From contig MU619265.1 in the NCBI GenBank assembly GCA_025201805.1, positions 33,233 through 65,642 of the forward strand: 32,410 nucleotides of DNA, written 5' to 3'. A program made the position numbers and the translations under genes. The stretch comes from Parasitella parasitica NRRL 2501 (Eukaryota; Fungi; Mucoromycota). Positions 1-10,617 of the stretch are shown piece after piece (the first letter of the stretch is position 1; every line of letters starts with the position of its first letter). Below the pieces are notes generated by a model. That model had not been told where the DNA came from. It made no database searches and saw only the letters and a program-made list of their open reading frames with translations.

Positions 1-3000
1 TACAATTCTGATCTCCTTCATGAAGGCACTCAACCTAAAGCTTCAACACATGCTGAAACTAGTGATATCCATGGTATTGTTACTGCCTCCCCTGATACAG
101 AAGCCTCAAGCACTTTATCGAATGATGATGCATATGATTCTAATATTCTTCATGAAGGCACTCAACCCAAAGCTTCAACACTTGCTAGCACTAGCAACTT
201 TGATGGGTCTATTACTACTAGACTCGTTCCAAGCTCTTCTTTTGTCTATGGTTTACCATCTACTGTGTCAGATGAAAATTCTTATGAATCCGATCTACTT
301 CACGAAGTTACTCAACCTGCAAGTAGCTTGATCAGTACTTCTTATCAATCTTTGGAGTATACTGAAAGCCTAGGCGTATCTTCAAACATGATATCAAATG
401 AGTCAAAAGAGATATTAACGAATAATGGACACAATTCAAAATCACTAGATTCCTCAAGCTTATTCGTTTCTACTAGCCTAATGGTGGCAGAATCAAGTTG
501 TGCAGATTTCACTATAACCACAAAAAAAGATGAATACGGTTCGGTGGTGTCAGAAACAATATGCGTAGAATTAATTACATCTGCTACATCTAGTCTTGTA
601 CCTCTCAGTCAATCAACCATTACACCGATAACAACTGTTGATGCAACCGAAAAAGCTCTATTGCCGTCAACCTCCGTACCTGTGGCGACCAATTTCACTT
701 GCGACCATACGTCAATACTTTTAACTAAAGACATTAACGGCGTCTTGGTTTCAAAGACGGTTTGCGATGGATCAGCACCGACTATTTCTTCGTATGCCAG
801 CCCCTTTGAAAGCAGCAATTCTGTCGAGTCTTTTAGTTCATTTACAGAGATAAGTTCTTTGATGGAAACAGCGTCAAGTTGCGATCATTTCACTACATTT
901 TCAAGCCTGGATATGTTTGGTTCAATGGTGATAAAAACGGACTGCGTGGAGTCAATAGCTACTTCAACTGCAGAGCATCTTTCAACAGAAATACTCTCTC
1001 AAGATACAGGTTCATCATCCACAATAACCTCATTTGAAACGTCTCTCAGTTGTGACGAAACTACAGTAATCCTCACAACTGATACTAATGGGTCTATAAT
1101 CTCAAAGACGATATGTGTTGATTCTGATACCAAGTCTTATACCAGCTCCTCGTCCAGATCCGATGATGAATCTTCTTTGACGAAAAACTCTGCGTATTAT
1201 ACGAGCTTTGTTTCAGGCTTCAGCTCTATTGAGGCATCCCATAGCTGCAGTCATTATTCCACGGTTTTGAGCAAGAATATGGATGGATCGTTAATTTCAA
1301 AGGAAGTCTGCGTTGATGCAACGTCTACATCTCAAAGTAGCTTGCTATATAGTTCTGATAGTCCTACAGGATATACAGGTGCTCTATCGATATCAACCTC
1401 GACAGAAATTACTTCTAGTTGCGATCAGTATACAACAGTTTTAAACAAAGATAGCAACGGTGCGCTAGTATCGCAGCCGATTTGTGTCGAAACAACCGAC
1501 AGCATTTTATCAGATTCAAGTCTTTTGGATTCTTCAAGTGTTACAACTACATTAGGTCAAATTTCTAGCTTATCTTCCACTGTTAAGTCTGTCAAGTCGT
1601 TCTCTTCTTGTGATCATTTCGGTACAATCTTGAGCAAAGATGCTCAAGGAATATTAGTGTCGCAAACAATCTGCATTGATGATTCTGACATCGTAGAAAC
1701 GACAAGTAGCTCAAGTATTCTTTCAGCTACTGCTTTAGGCACTCCCCCGGACTATGCATCTATCACTGTGTTGACAACTAGCAGCTCATTCTACTCATCA
1801 CCTGTGACAGCAACATCTGATTGCGATGACTTTAGTACAGTTTTACTCAAGGATTCAAACGGACTATTATTATCTCAAACAATCTGTATGGAATCAAACC
1901 TGGCGCAGACAACAAGTCATGAATCTTCTGAGATCTCCAGCTCTACATATCCCTCTACTAGTTCTCTCAATAATTTACCTTCTTCAGTCTCCTTAGAATC
2001 TACCCCAAGATGCGATCAATATGCCACAGTTACTGGAACAGATATGCATGGTCTACTAATATTTCAAACTAAATGTATCAATACAAGTGATGCAAGCTCA
2101 CATGGAGATTCCGTCGCAACATCTAGCACCATCTCAAGCTTACGTCAATCTCCAAGTGCCCCAACAGCAATGGTTTTTCCAGAGGAAACATATTCTACTT
2201 GCGATCATTTTACTACCATCTTGACTATAGGATCAAATGGCGAGTTTTTTCGCACAGTATGCATGGATTCAATGGAAAGCTTCACCTCAACTACAAGCAG
2301 TGCATCTTTATATTCTCAAACTCTCTTGGAATCAATCGACATTAGTGATAGCCCTCTATCAACATCTACAGTCATTTCCAGTATAACAGTGTCTACTGTG
2401 GCGAGTCCGGATGATACAACACTACCAAGTGCTATTCACAGCTCATCTGAGGGATTTTGCCTCACTATTCCATTGCCTACTTTGTCAAGTTCATCAAAAT
2501 TTGCTAATAATGTTAACACAATTTCTACAGAGAATGATCAGTCTAACATTTGCAACACTGTGAACATGATTGATACAACAATTGGCACAACTTTACATTC
2601 CCCATATATTACACAAGATACATTGGATGTTGTAAGCAGTTCTGATACAACATCTATGCTTTCTTCCTCGGCTATTCCTTCGCTGACAGCAAATGATGAT
2701 GATCTTGTTTGCCAACCTATGACTTCTGAATCGCTGCCTCTTACATCTACAGTTGGGCCGTTCGACGCTAGCTTTGTAACTGATGGCTCAGGAACTACTA
2801 TTGCATCCTCAAATGCCCAAATATTATCATATTGTGCACCTAAGGAAGAAACCCAAAGCAGCGACAAGATTTCAGAAACAAATCCAACACCCACTGAAAT
2901 ACCAGTTACTTCAAGTTCGAGTACCAAACCTAGCACCTCAAGCATGGCTTGCGCTCCGCAAAAGGCTAACAGTACAACGGGACCAACAGCTGAAATGTCA

Positions 3001-4239
3001 CAATGCAGTGGTGATGATAATACAAATACCAAGGTCATCAGTGATACAAACGCTATTGATATAAATGAGACGAAAGTAAAATCAATTTGTGGAGATGGAG
3101 ATAACTCAGGGTCTTCTGGCAGTAGTAATTCTAGTTCTTCTTATGATACAGACACCTGCGGGAACCCGTCCGGTTCTTCAATATCTTCAAGTGGCTCAAA
3201 TAGCCTCAACAAGAATGGTGGGGGGTTTTCTTCATCTAGCAGTAGCGGTAGTGGTATTGGAGGAAGCTCTTCTTCGTCGTCTTCGTCTTCAAGTGGAAGT
3301 GGTAATAGCTCGTCGTCTTCATCTTCAAGTGGAAATGGGAATAGCTCGTCATCTTCGTCTTCAAGCGGAAGTGGGAATAGCTCGTCGTCTTCGTCTTCAA
3401 GTGGAAGCGGTAGTAGCTCATCATCTTCCTCTTCGAATGGAAATGGTAATAGTTCGTCGTCTTCTTCGTCCTCTGGATCAGCAAGTGGCGGTCAGTTATC
3501 TTCCAGCTCTACTTCATCATCCTCATCATTTTTTGGTGCTAGTTTCTTGGATAATTGCTCGAATTCAAGCGTCTGTAACCCTCCAAACAATCTAGAATCT
3601 GCGGAAAATAACGGCTTTCATCGCTCTAGTAGCTCCCGCCATTCCAGTACAACATCCAGTTCATCATCAAGTATATCAAAAGATGGAACCAGTATTAATT
3701 CCTCCAGTCAAAGTGGATCAGAGTCAAATACTATAGAAGACTCTATTTCTGTTGCTGGGATTAATGGTACTTCGACGACTACTCATAAGCAGACCGAAAA
3801 TAGTAGCTTCTCAGATAGTATTTCCGAAACTACCTTGCCATTGCAAGAAGACCAGAAAATGATTGTAGAGCCCCAGCACAATTTCGACGATGAAAACAAA
3901 CGTAAAGAAAGCATCGCAAAACCTGTTCAAAAACTAAAAGCAGAACAGAATATTAACCTCGATATTGAAAAAGACAGTAAAAATATTATCCAGGACAACG
4001 TTGCAATGGGTGACAAAGTTGGCATGTTTTCGGAAAATGTGGCCAAAAACACATTTATAAACGCCAAAAGTCCAAGTGAAAAGGATCCGTCATCTTTTTA
4101 CCAAGAAGGTCCCAACAACAACAATAGTAATAATGATTTGAAAAAACTTGTAAAGCGAAGACGACTTGTGAGAAAACCAAAATTAAGGAAAAAGATCAGG
4201 CATCTCAGATTAATTGGTTTTAATTGCAAAGGTCAATAA
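1..4239 (+). CDS. Large Ser/Thr-rich, Cys-repeat mucin/adhesin-like protein, 5'-partial
   Basis: Frame 1 is open from base 1 (YNSDLLHEGTQPKAST...) to TAA at 4237-4239, so the real start is upstream of the window. Contains 3 copies of a YxS(D/N)(L/I)LHE(G/V)TQP motif, 10 Cys-bounded repeats, a Ser/Gly tract and a very basic C-terminal tail. Function is inferred from composition only. Confidence 0.8.
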   Translation, partial: YNSDLLHEGTQPKASTHAETSDIHGIVTASPDTEASSTLSNDDAYDSNILHEGTQPKASTLASTSNFDGSITTRLVPSSSFVYGLPSTVSDENSYESDLLHEVTQPASSLISTSYQSLEYTESLGVSSNMISNESKEILTNNGHNSKSLDSSSLFVSTSLMVAESSCADFTITTKKDEYGSVVSETICVELITSATSSLVPLSQSTITPITTVDATEKALLPSTSVPVATNFTCDHTSILLTKDINGVLVSKTVCDGSAPTISSYASPFESSNSVESFSSFTEISSLMETASSCDHFTTFSSLDMFGSMVIKTDCVESIATSTAEHLSTEILSQDTGSSSTITSFETSLSCDETTVILTTDTNGSIISKTICVDSDTKSYTSSSSRSDDESSLTKNSAYYTSFVSGFSSIEASHSCSHYSTVLSKNMDGSLISKEVCVDATSTSQSSLLYSSDSPTGYTGALSISTSTEITSSCDQYTTVLNKDSNGALVSQPICVETTDSILSDSSLLDSSSVTTTLGQISSLSSTVKSVKSFSSCDHFGTILSKDAQGILVSQTICIDDSDIVETTSSSSILSATALGTPPDYASITVLTTSSSFYSSPVTATSDCDDFSTVLLKDSNGLLLSQTICMESNLAQTTSHESSEISSSTYPSTSSLNNLPSSVSLESTPRCDQYATVTGTDMHGLLIFQTKCINTSDASSHGDSVATSSTISSLRQSPSAPTAMVFPEETYSTCDHFTTILTIGSNGEFFRTVCMDSMESFTSTTSSASLYSQTLLESIDISDSPLSTSTVISSITVSTVASPDDTTLPSAIHSSSEGFCLTIPLPTLSSSSKFANNVNTISTENDQSNICNTVNMIDTTIGTTLHSPYITQDTLDVVSSSDTTSMLSSSAIPSLTANDDDLVCQPMTSESLPLTSTVGPFDASFVTDGSGTTIASSNAQILSYCAPKEETQSSDKISETNPTPTEIPVTSSSSTKPSTSSMACAPQKANSTTGPTAEMSQCSGDDNTNTKVISDTNAIDINETKVKSICGDGDNSGSSGSSNSSSSYDTDTCGNPSGSSISSSGSNSLNKNGGGFSSSSSSGSGIGGSSSSSSSSSSGSGNSSSSSSSSGNGNSSSSSSSSGSGNSSSSSSSSGSGSSSSSSSSNGNGNSSSSSSSSGSASGGQLSSSSTSSSSSFFGASFLDNCSNSSVCNPPNNLESAENNGFHRSSSSRHSSTTSSSSSSISKDGTSINSSSQSGSESNTIEDSISVAGINGTSTTTHKQTENSSFSDSISETTLPLQEDQKMIVEPQHNFDDENKRKESIAKPVQKLKAEQNINLDIEKDSKNIIQDNVAMGDKVGMFSENVAKNTFINAKSPSEKDPSSFYQEGPNNNNSNNDLKKLVKRRRLVRKPKLRKKIRHLRLIGFNCKGQ
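499..2262 (+). repeat. Ten dispersed protein repeats, consensus C-D-x-(F/Y)-x-T-(V/I)-L-x-K-D-x-N-G-x-L-(V/I)-S-x-T-(I/V)-C
   Basis: e.g. CDHTSILLTKDINGVLVSKTVC, CDQYTTVLNKDSNGALVSQPIC, CDHFGTILSKDAQGILVSQTIC, CDDFSTVLLKDSNGLLLSQTIC; nine are C-x20-C and the last is C-x19-C; separated by Ser/Thr spacers. Confidence 0.9.
3292..3471 (+). repeat. Coding minisatellite, 5 x 36 bp, encoding (S/N)G(S/N)G(N/S)SSSSSSS
   Basis: Unit AGTGGAAGTGGTAATAGCTCGTCGTCTTCATCTTCA repeated five times with mostly third-position variation. Confidence 0.85.
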
Positions 4240-5829
4240 ACAATATTAAATAAAAGTGGTTCATGTATAAAGAAATTAATTATCTGCCCATACACTTGTC
4301 CAACGAGCACATCTAACTCGCTTCTTTTACCCATCTAAGTTTCTCAATGGATGTGGAAGTTTACAGACCAAAATGGACGATGCAAATTGCAGCTTTTATT
4401 CGAATATTGTTAATGGTTGAAGATACTTCGAAAGTATTGCAAAATCAACATATTAATTTTGATGATACCTTCCCCAAGTTGGTCTTTATTCTAATCCATC
4501 CACATTATAAAGTAATATGTACACTGCTGCCAGCTACGACATCAGCAACGCACTGTGGCAAAAAAAAAAAAAAAAAAAAAGTGGTTATGTTATAAAGTTT
4601 TGCTATAAGAACCTTGGAATCTCGATCTAACTTGGAAAGTATAGCGTTGACTAGGCGCTATCTAACAAACACGTTTTTATTGATGTTTTCATTGAAATCT
4701 AGAAAGGTACCAGCAAAAAACACATATTTTATATATGAATGTTGATAGGCTACGATAAAAAGCAACATAAAGTCTGTTTTATGCTTCATAAAAACAGGCA
4801 TGAAATAAGTGATAAAATTCTTAAATAAAACTATATATACTTCACATATGAATATAATAATCTAATACACATTGGTTTTTTGTGTCAATAGATAGTTGTA
4901 TTTTTGAAAGAACTTCTTCATGTGGTTGATTTTATGTCACTTTTCGCTCTTGCGAATATTCGTCTTGCACTTTTAATACATTTTGTTGATTTTTGCGAAA
5001 CCATTCTGATTATTCAAATTTGAACAATGGAAAGTTTTTAATGCGGATTCCGCATTTATGAAAAACAAAAGAAAGATAAAAGAAGAGAAAGCGTGATCTT
5101 CACTCAGAGATGCATTGTATTGTGCCTCTTCCGATATAATATATGTATTACCAAAGAGCAAATTTTTGATATGCATTAGTCGATCTTGGTTAAGCATTTA
5201 GTTATTGGAAGCATTATACATTTTACAAAATAACATACCTTTTTAAGATGTTTGACGCACAAAGTTTAGCAGTTGTTAGCTCTTGCACATTTGGTAAGCT
5301 GTCATTTGGATATGTACTGTATCAGTATAAGAAAGTACTTTTTCCGCACTGCTAACTACTGCCATTTTCTTAAATGTCCCCATTGTACGTTTTAATCATT
5401 TGAAAAATATAGAATCTGCGCAAATGCAAAAGCACATTCTCTCCTAATTTTTTGTATAATTTATGTCTAAGCGTCTTAACCATTAGAGGATGAAGATCTA
5501 TGAATATATTGGGATCCTGAGTCAACTTTATTTTGAAATACCAAGAGAAATGCGAAAGAAGGACCTGTAAATCTTCATTCAAAAAAGCCCATTAACGAAC
5601 TCCTCATTTTCCTCCCAACGTTTAAATAAGGAAAATATATGATAAAATACTACTGCAGTCAAACAGTAAATAATCCTTTAACCATGCAGAATGATTAATG
5701 TAAAAGGCGGTAGTGTAAACCATGCATCCAGTTATCTCGATTAAAATCAGAGTCAAGAAAACGTCTCGCGCTCAGTTTTCTTTTTTTTTTTTACTCCCTT
5801 TTTCATTACTAAATAGACCAACAAACATC

Positions 5830-7193
5830 ATGGATACCTCAAACCAACTAGAAACTACTCAAGATGATAACCCATTAATAAAGCAAGCATTAGAAATGCG
5901 TGAGCTCATCAAGAAAGTCAGAGCTGATGCAGGACTGGGCTCAATAATACAACCAAAACGAACATTTTCAGCTTTGAGAGAAAAGCCAGACACAGAGGAA
6001 CAGTAAGGTTTATAGCGAAAGAGAAAAAAGAAAGAGGAAAGGAAAATAAATCTATCAAAATAGAATAGAAAGAGCGAAAATACAGAAAATTGAACAAGAG
6101 CAAGCCGAGGCAGAAGCAGAAGCAAAGAAAGCACATTTACTGGAAGAGAAAAGATCACTTTTTTTCAGTCGTCTGAAATCCTACTCTCCCAGATTCCAGT
6201 ATAGAAAACGACCTTTCACTGCCCTCGATAGCGCAAAGCATGGATGGAGAGATACGCATTTGACAGGCAAAGCAGACTCCAAAACTTGTATTTTGGAATG
6301 TGACAAATGCCATGGAAAAATGTTTGTGATATCGCTTGACCCGCATAGCGATAATCTTAAAGGTAGAGCATGTTGAACTCTTCTTATACATGTATTTCGG
6401 GAAGGGTGTATTAAACTTTTCTCTAGTCAAAGAAGTTACTAAAATCTACAAAGAAGGATTGATGACTTGCCATGCTGAAGATTGTCAATGGAGGAATGGA
6501 CCTGACGAGGATATAGTTTATAACTTTCCCATTGTATCATTGGAAGATGGCTTAGAGATATTCAAAAATAATGCGCGCATGTTTATCAAATGCGAACAAG
6601 AACACAAAACCAAGACCAACACTAATCTACCACTTGAAGTAAAACAACATAGTTCGATCCCACCATTGGAACATCCTTTAGATGAAGCAACCTTATCCAA
6701 AGTTCTCAAACTTGCGACTCATTTTCAGCAACAAAACGAACAACAACAAGCGATAGAAGCCATAGACTCTATTGATGCAGAAACCACAAACGCTGCCTAT
6801 CTATTGTCATTATTTGGATGGCAATTACTAGATCCTTTAGTACCAGGTATAGAATGTAAATTATGCTGTAGTCGAAAAGGCTTCTATCAAATCAAGAGTG
6901 AAAACAAACTAGACGTTCTTAAAGAACATAGAGAGTATTGTCCCTGGGTGAATCCAGAAACTGCAGGAGCGTTTTCGCCAAAGATTTCATCGCTGACTCG
7001 AAACCGCCAAATCAAAGGATATGAATGGATGGTCGATATGATTGCCATTGAATACGAACTATATATGAGGAACAGATATCTATCATTAGCATCAAGACAT
7101 GCAACAGATGACGGTCAATATCAGTTGAAACGAAAGATGCACGAAGCAAATGATTTATTGAAATTGTGGAACTCATATAGTACAGGATTTTAG
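5830..7193 (+). CDS. C3HC zinc-finger nuclear basket / mRNA export factor (Rsm1/Pml39/NIPA-ZC3HC1 family), 3 exons
   Basis: Exons 5830-6002, 6064-6362, 6427-7193 (GT-AG introns, phases match). Spliced protein has FFSRLKSY...ALDSAKHGW...LECDKC...H(AED)CQW (zf-C3HC) and LSLFGW...ECKLC...DVLKEHREYCPWVN (Rsm1-like domain). Confidence 0.85.
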
Positions 7194-7324
7194 TCCTAAT
7201 TGGTACAGTTGAATTTTATTTTTTCAGTACGACTTCAAAATAAATTTGGCACACTTGCACACAATTTGAATAAACTTTATTATGGATGAAATATGTAAGA
7301 AAAGATAGCATTTAGTGGTAAAAT

Positions 7325-8055
7325 TTACCTTAAGCCTAGTTCTTTATTAATGCATCTATCCCATAATGTCTCAGCATGCCTAACGCAACCTTGGAAGTCC
7401 TGAACAGTAACTGCAAGAAGGCGAAATGTCAAAGTATCTGCTTTTATCAAGTAGGTTTCTCTGGATGTTGCTCCGTATTTCTGGCCAGCATTTTTGATTA
7501 AGGGACATGAACAAAGGTTTATACCCTCTCTTATTGGTAGTGGTTATCCATTACTATGAAAAATCCTTTTTTGTCGCGTCTATCAAGTGTGTCCATTACT
7601 TTTTTCCATAAATTTGACCATATGATACGCCGTGGTTCCCTTTTTTTAAAAGGCTTTTTCTTTTCAGGGTCTTTTGCTTTTCTTTTTTTGCTGGCAAGGT
7701 TCGCATACTCTTGTTCCAGCTTTTCTGCATCCGCCTTTGTGAAAGAAAAAATTGAAAATTTCAAAATACGCAATGCACTAAACGATACTGATGTCAGTCC
7801 CTCTTTGTTTGTGAACAGTTACATTGGCTGGTTCTTTTAATTTAGACCTAGCTCATCCTCTTATCATGTACGTATTAAAGCCTGCTTCTTCTACAAATAC
7901 GCAATTCTTTTGAAAGCTGGCGCCTATTTCCTTCCATTTACTTACGAAGACAAAGTATTCTTTCGACATCCCGTTCTTCATTGTATAAAGATGCCCTTTT
8001 CAAGGAAAAAGCACACTCTATTGTTACATGCTTCCACAGAGAAGGAATAGAGACT
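7325..8055 (-). mobile_element. Decayed Tc1/mariner-IS630 (DDE_3-type) transposase fragment, 5'-truncated
   Basis: Minus-strand translation across stops and frameshifts: SIPSLWKHVTIECAFSLKRASLY, KNCVFVEEAGFN..IRG*ARS (first catalytic D replaced by E), KGFFIVMDN, KRGYKPLFM (PYSP..NPIE motif deleted), KCWPEIRSNI, GCVRHAETLWDRCINKELGLR*. Confidence 0.85.
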
Positions 8056-8057
8056 CA

Positions 8058-9717
8058 AAAATGTCTCCCATTTAATGGATATGATTCCTATCAATCTCAA
8101 CCATAAAGTGTCGATGGAGATCCTAACAAAAGTGCTTTCGATCAATTAATAATGAAGAGGCCTGGCTGGGGTCTGAAAAGGATTAGACGACGTGTGCCTA
8201 AACCTAAGGAGTTAATCCCAACAGTAGAAGCGCTATTTAGGTCATATGAAGACGCCAAATTTACTGTTTCTGGCTTACCATTATTTGACAAGAAGTGCAA
8301 GAAGGTCGCAAAAAGTGTACTTGAGACGATCAGAAATGGCCATGCGTCTGATTCACCTGATGTTTCTTGGCATTACCATGTGTATACAGACAGGCTTCGC
8401 TTCCCTGTCTATAGATTTCCCAGGGGTACCAATTCGATTGAAGGTGGCGTTCAGCCGAACATTGTTCGAAAGTTTGCGTCGTTTAATGCCAGCCCAGCAT
8501 TAACAGACTGTGCTCTTGCTGATTCCGGCTTAGGCACAACACTCAGGTACGTATTGATAAGCCGCGGTTTCAAATCTATTATCCTCTAGGCTGGATCAAA
8601 AAACAGGTATGGTGCTAATTACAAAGGCCACTTTTCTCCATGAATTCAACAAGCCATAAACTTTATGAGGTGCAAGAGTGGCCAACCAGTATCAAAGTTA
8701 TACTCGGATTCTTCTGGCAATGCTTTTTATTTTTCTGCGATAGAAGAGTCCTTTGGTATTAACAAGCTATCACCATCGTTGCTAAATATTCACAATATGA
8801 AAAAGTATCAGAGGGAATACCAGAATTTTTAAAAGTATTTCACAACAAAAGAAAAGTCGGATCTTTGTGGCTATACATCAATATTTATTACGCCAAAGAT
8901 TCGTTCAGTATTTGTGAACATGCAGTACAACTATGTTTCGTATATGCAAGGTACAAAGCATGCGATTACGCCGGTGCATACTGATGAAGAGGTAAAACTT
9001 TACCATAAGCTTAGGCTTACAGACTCGTTGGCTTCTGGCATCAATCAATCAAACTACTGGCAGAAGTTTGCTGCTGCATGGTCAAAAGAATTGAACGATA
9101 ATATCCACTGTAAAAACATTTTCTATAAGACTGCAGAAAGCTTAAAACAGCACTTTGACAAGACAAAAGATAAGAGCAAGTACTACAACTCTCTCCAAGT
9201 CAACGAAGAAAAGGTCAACACTGTTGATGAGATCTTAAACAACAACAGTAGAAAGCGAAAGCATACCAACGACATTTTGCCAGCAAACGACTACTTGCAA
9301 TTTCCAGGTACCAACAGTCCTTTTTTTCCTTCTGGGGAGCCCTCAAACAGCAATAAAAAGCCAAAGCTTTCTCTGCCTCGAATAGAACCATCAACTTATG
9401 TCATTCCTCCTTCAAAAATACTAACAAGAAATATGCCACAAAATCATCAATCTATGTACCCTTTTTATCCTATGCCACCCTCCTTTAACTTTATGCCTCA
9501 ATCTGTGTTACCTTCCTCTTACTCTACGCCTCAATCAATGTAAAAATCTACCTATATGTCACAACCTCAACATATGCCATCATTAACAGCTCAAACTATG
9601 CAACCAAGTCCATCTGGCTCAGCTGGCAGCTATATTAAAGCAAGAACCTGCCAAAATTGTAGAAAACAAGATTGTCCTGGTGCTTCTTCTAGAAAATTTT
9701 GTATGAACAACAAATAA
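8058..9717 (+). pseudogene. Decayed DDE transposase, probably Dada-superfamily-like, 5'-truncated
   Basis: KNVSHLMDM (degenerate DxxH), RRRVPKPKEL, GLPLFD, GHASD, YRFPRGTNSIEGGV (putative catalytic E), R-L-R-H-N after a 1-nt frameshift near 8525, an intron near 8547-8589, in-frame stops at 8641 and 9541, and a C-terminal RTCQNCRKQDCPGASSRKFC zinc knuckle ending at TAA 9715-9717. The superfamily call rests on motif recall, not a search. Confidence 0.65.
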
Positions 9718-10096
9718 TATATGAATAACTTAATAATAATTATGTTGCATTGAACAGTTGTTTCACTTTCTTGAACATACATGAAATGAAAAGCTTAAGT
9801 TTGGCTGGTGGTAGATCAAAGAAGATCAGAGCAGATCAACACAAGCTTTTAAAATGCAGATATTTTTGATCACTTCAGAATGGTTGCAAAGCTATTAAAC
9901 TGCAATAAAATCTAGTAACCGCTTATTTCGATGCAAATTGAAGCTTAATTCATAATGCCAACGTTTCAATCAGTAAAAAATATAGGCTTACTTTTCGTAA
10001 ATCATGCAAAAAGGGGGGGGGGGAATTTATTGTAAATTTCTGAATTTCTTCAAGGATTTTGATACAAAGCAATTCAAATGCTTTAGGAGATATCTA

Positions 10097-10200
10097 GTGG
10101 CGATTATACCTCGAATGTGGAATTGTTTTTAATGAGGAGAGCCTCCAGCTCTCCTCAATAAAAATTTAATTCTGAACTCCAGATATGGGTATAGGGCCAC
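10097..10200. repeat. Imperfect palindrome / possible MITE relic
   Basis: 17-bp arms 10126-10142 (TTTTTAATGAGGAGAGC) and 10148-10164 (GCTCTCCTCAATAAAAA), 1 mismatch, 5-nt loop. Outer matches TATACC/GGTATA and GTGGC/GCCAC. Confidence 0.65.
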
Positions 10201-10488
10201 CTTGCCAGCAAAAAAAGAAAAGCAAAAGACACTGAAAGACACACTCGATAGACGCGACAAAAAAGGATTTTTATACTAATAAGAGAGGGTATAAACCTTT
10301 TTTTATGCCCCTTACTCAAAAATGCTGGTCAGAAATACGGAGCAACATCAAGAGAAACCTACTTGATAAAAGCAGATACTTTGACATTTCGCCTTCCTGC
10401 AGTTACTGTTCAAGACTGCCAAGGTTGCGTTAGGCATGCTGAGACATAATGGGATAGATGCATTAATAAAGAACTAGGCTTAAGGTAA
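10199..10488 (+). mobile_element. Second, inverted and further deleted copy of the Tc1/IS630 transposase 3' fragment
   Basis: Near-identical to the reverse complement of 7325-7700 (e.g. AGAGAAACCTACTTGATAAAAGCAGATACTTTGACATTTCGCCTTC; GGGATAGATGCATTAATAAAGAACTAGGCTTAAGGTAA), with two additional internal deletions. Confidence 0.9.
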
Positions 10489-10617
10489 TTGTCATACATT
10501 GTACAAGCAGTAATTTTCTGCATTTTAAAAAAATAAAAATAAACGTCAAAACATATGCGATAGCTCTTTTCTCTTTTCTTTTGAACCATATACTTGATTT
10601 CAAAATAGAATAGGCGC

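Noticed and set aside
20-3595. Alternative-frame and antisense ORFs overlapping the large Ser/Thr-rich gene
   Set aside because: Shadows of a repetitive coding frame; no recognisable motifs.
4973-5582. Short minus-strand ORFs (70-74 aa) that might be an eroded gene
   Set aside because: No family motif or consistent splice model could be identified.
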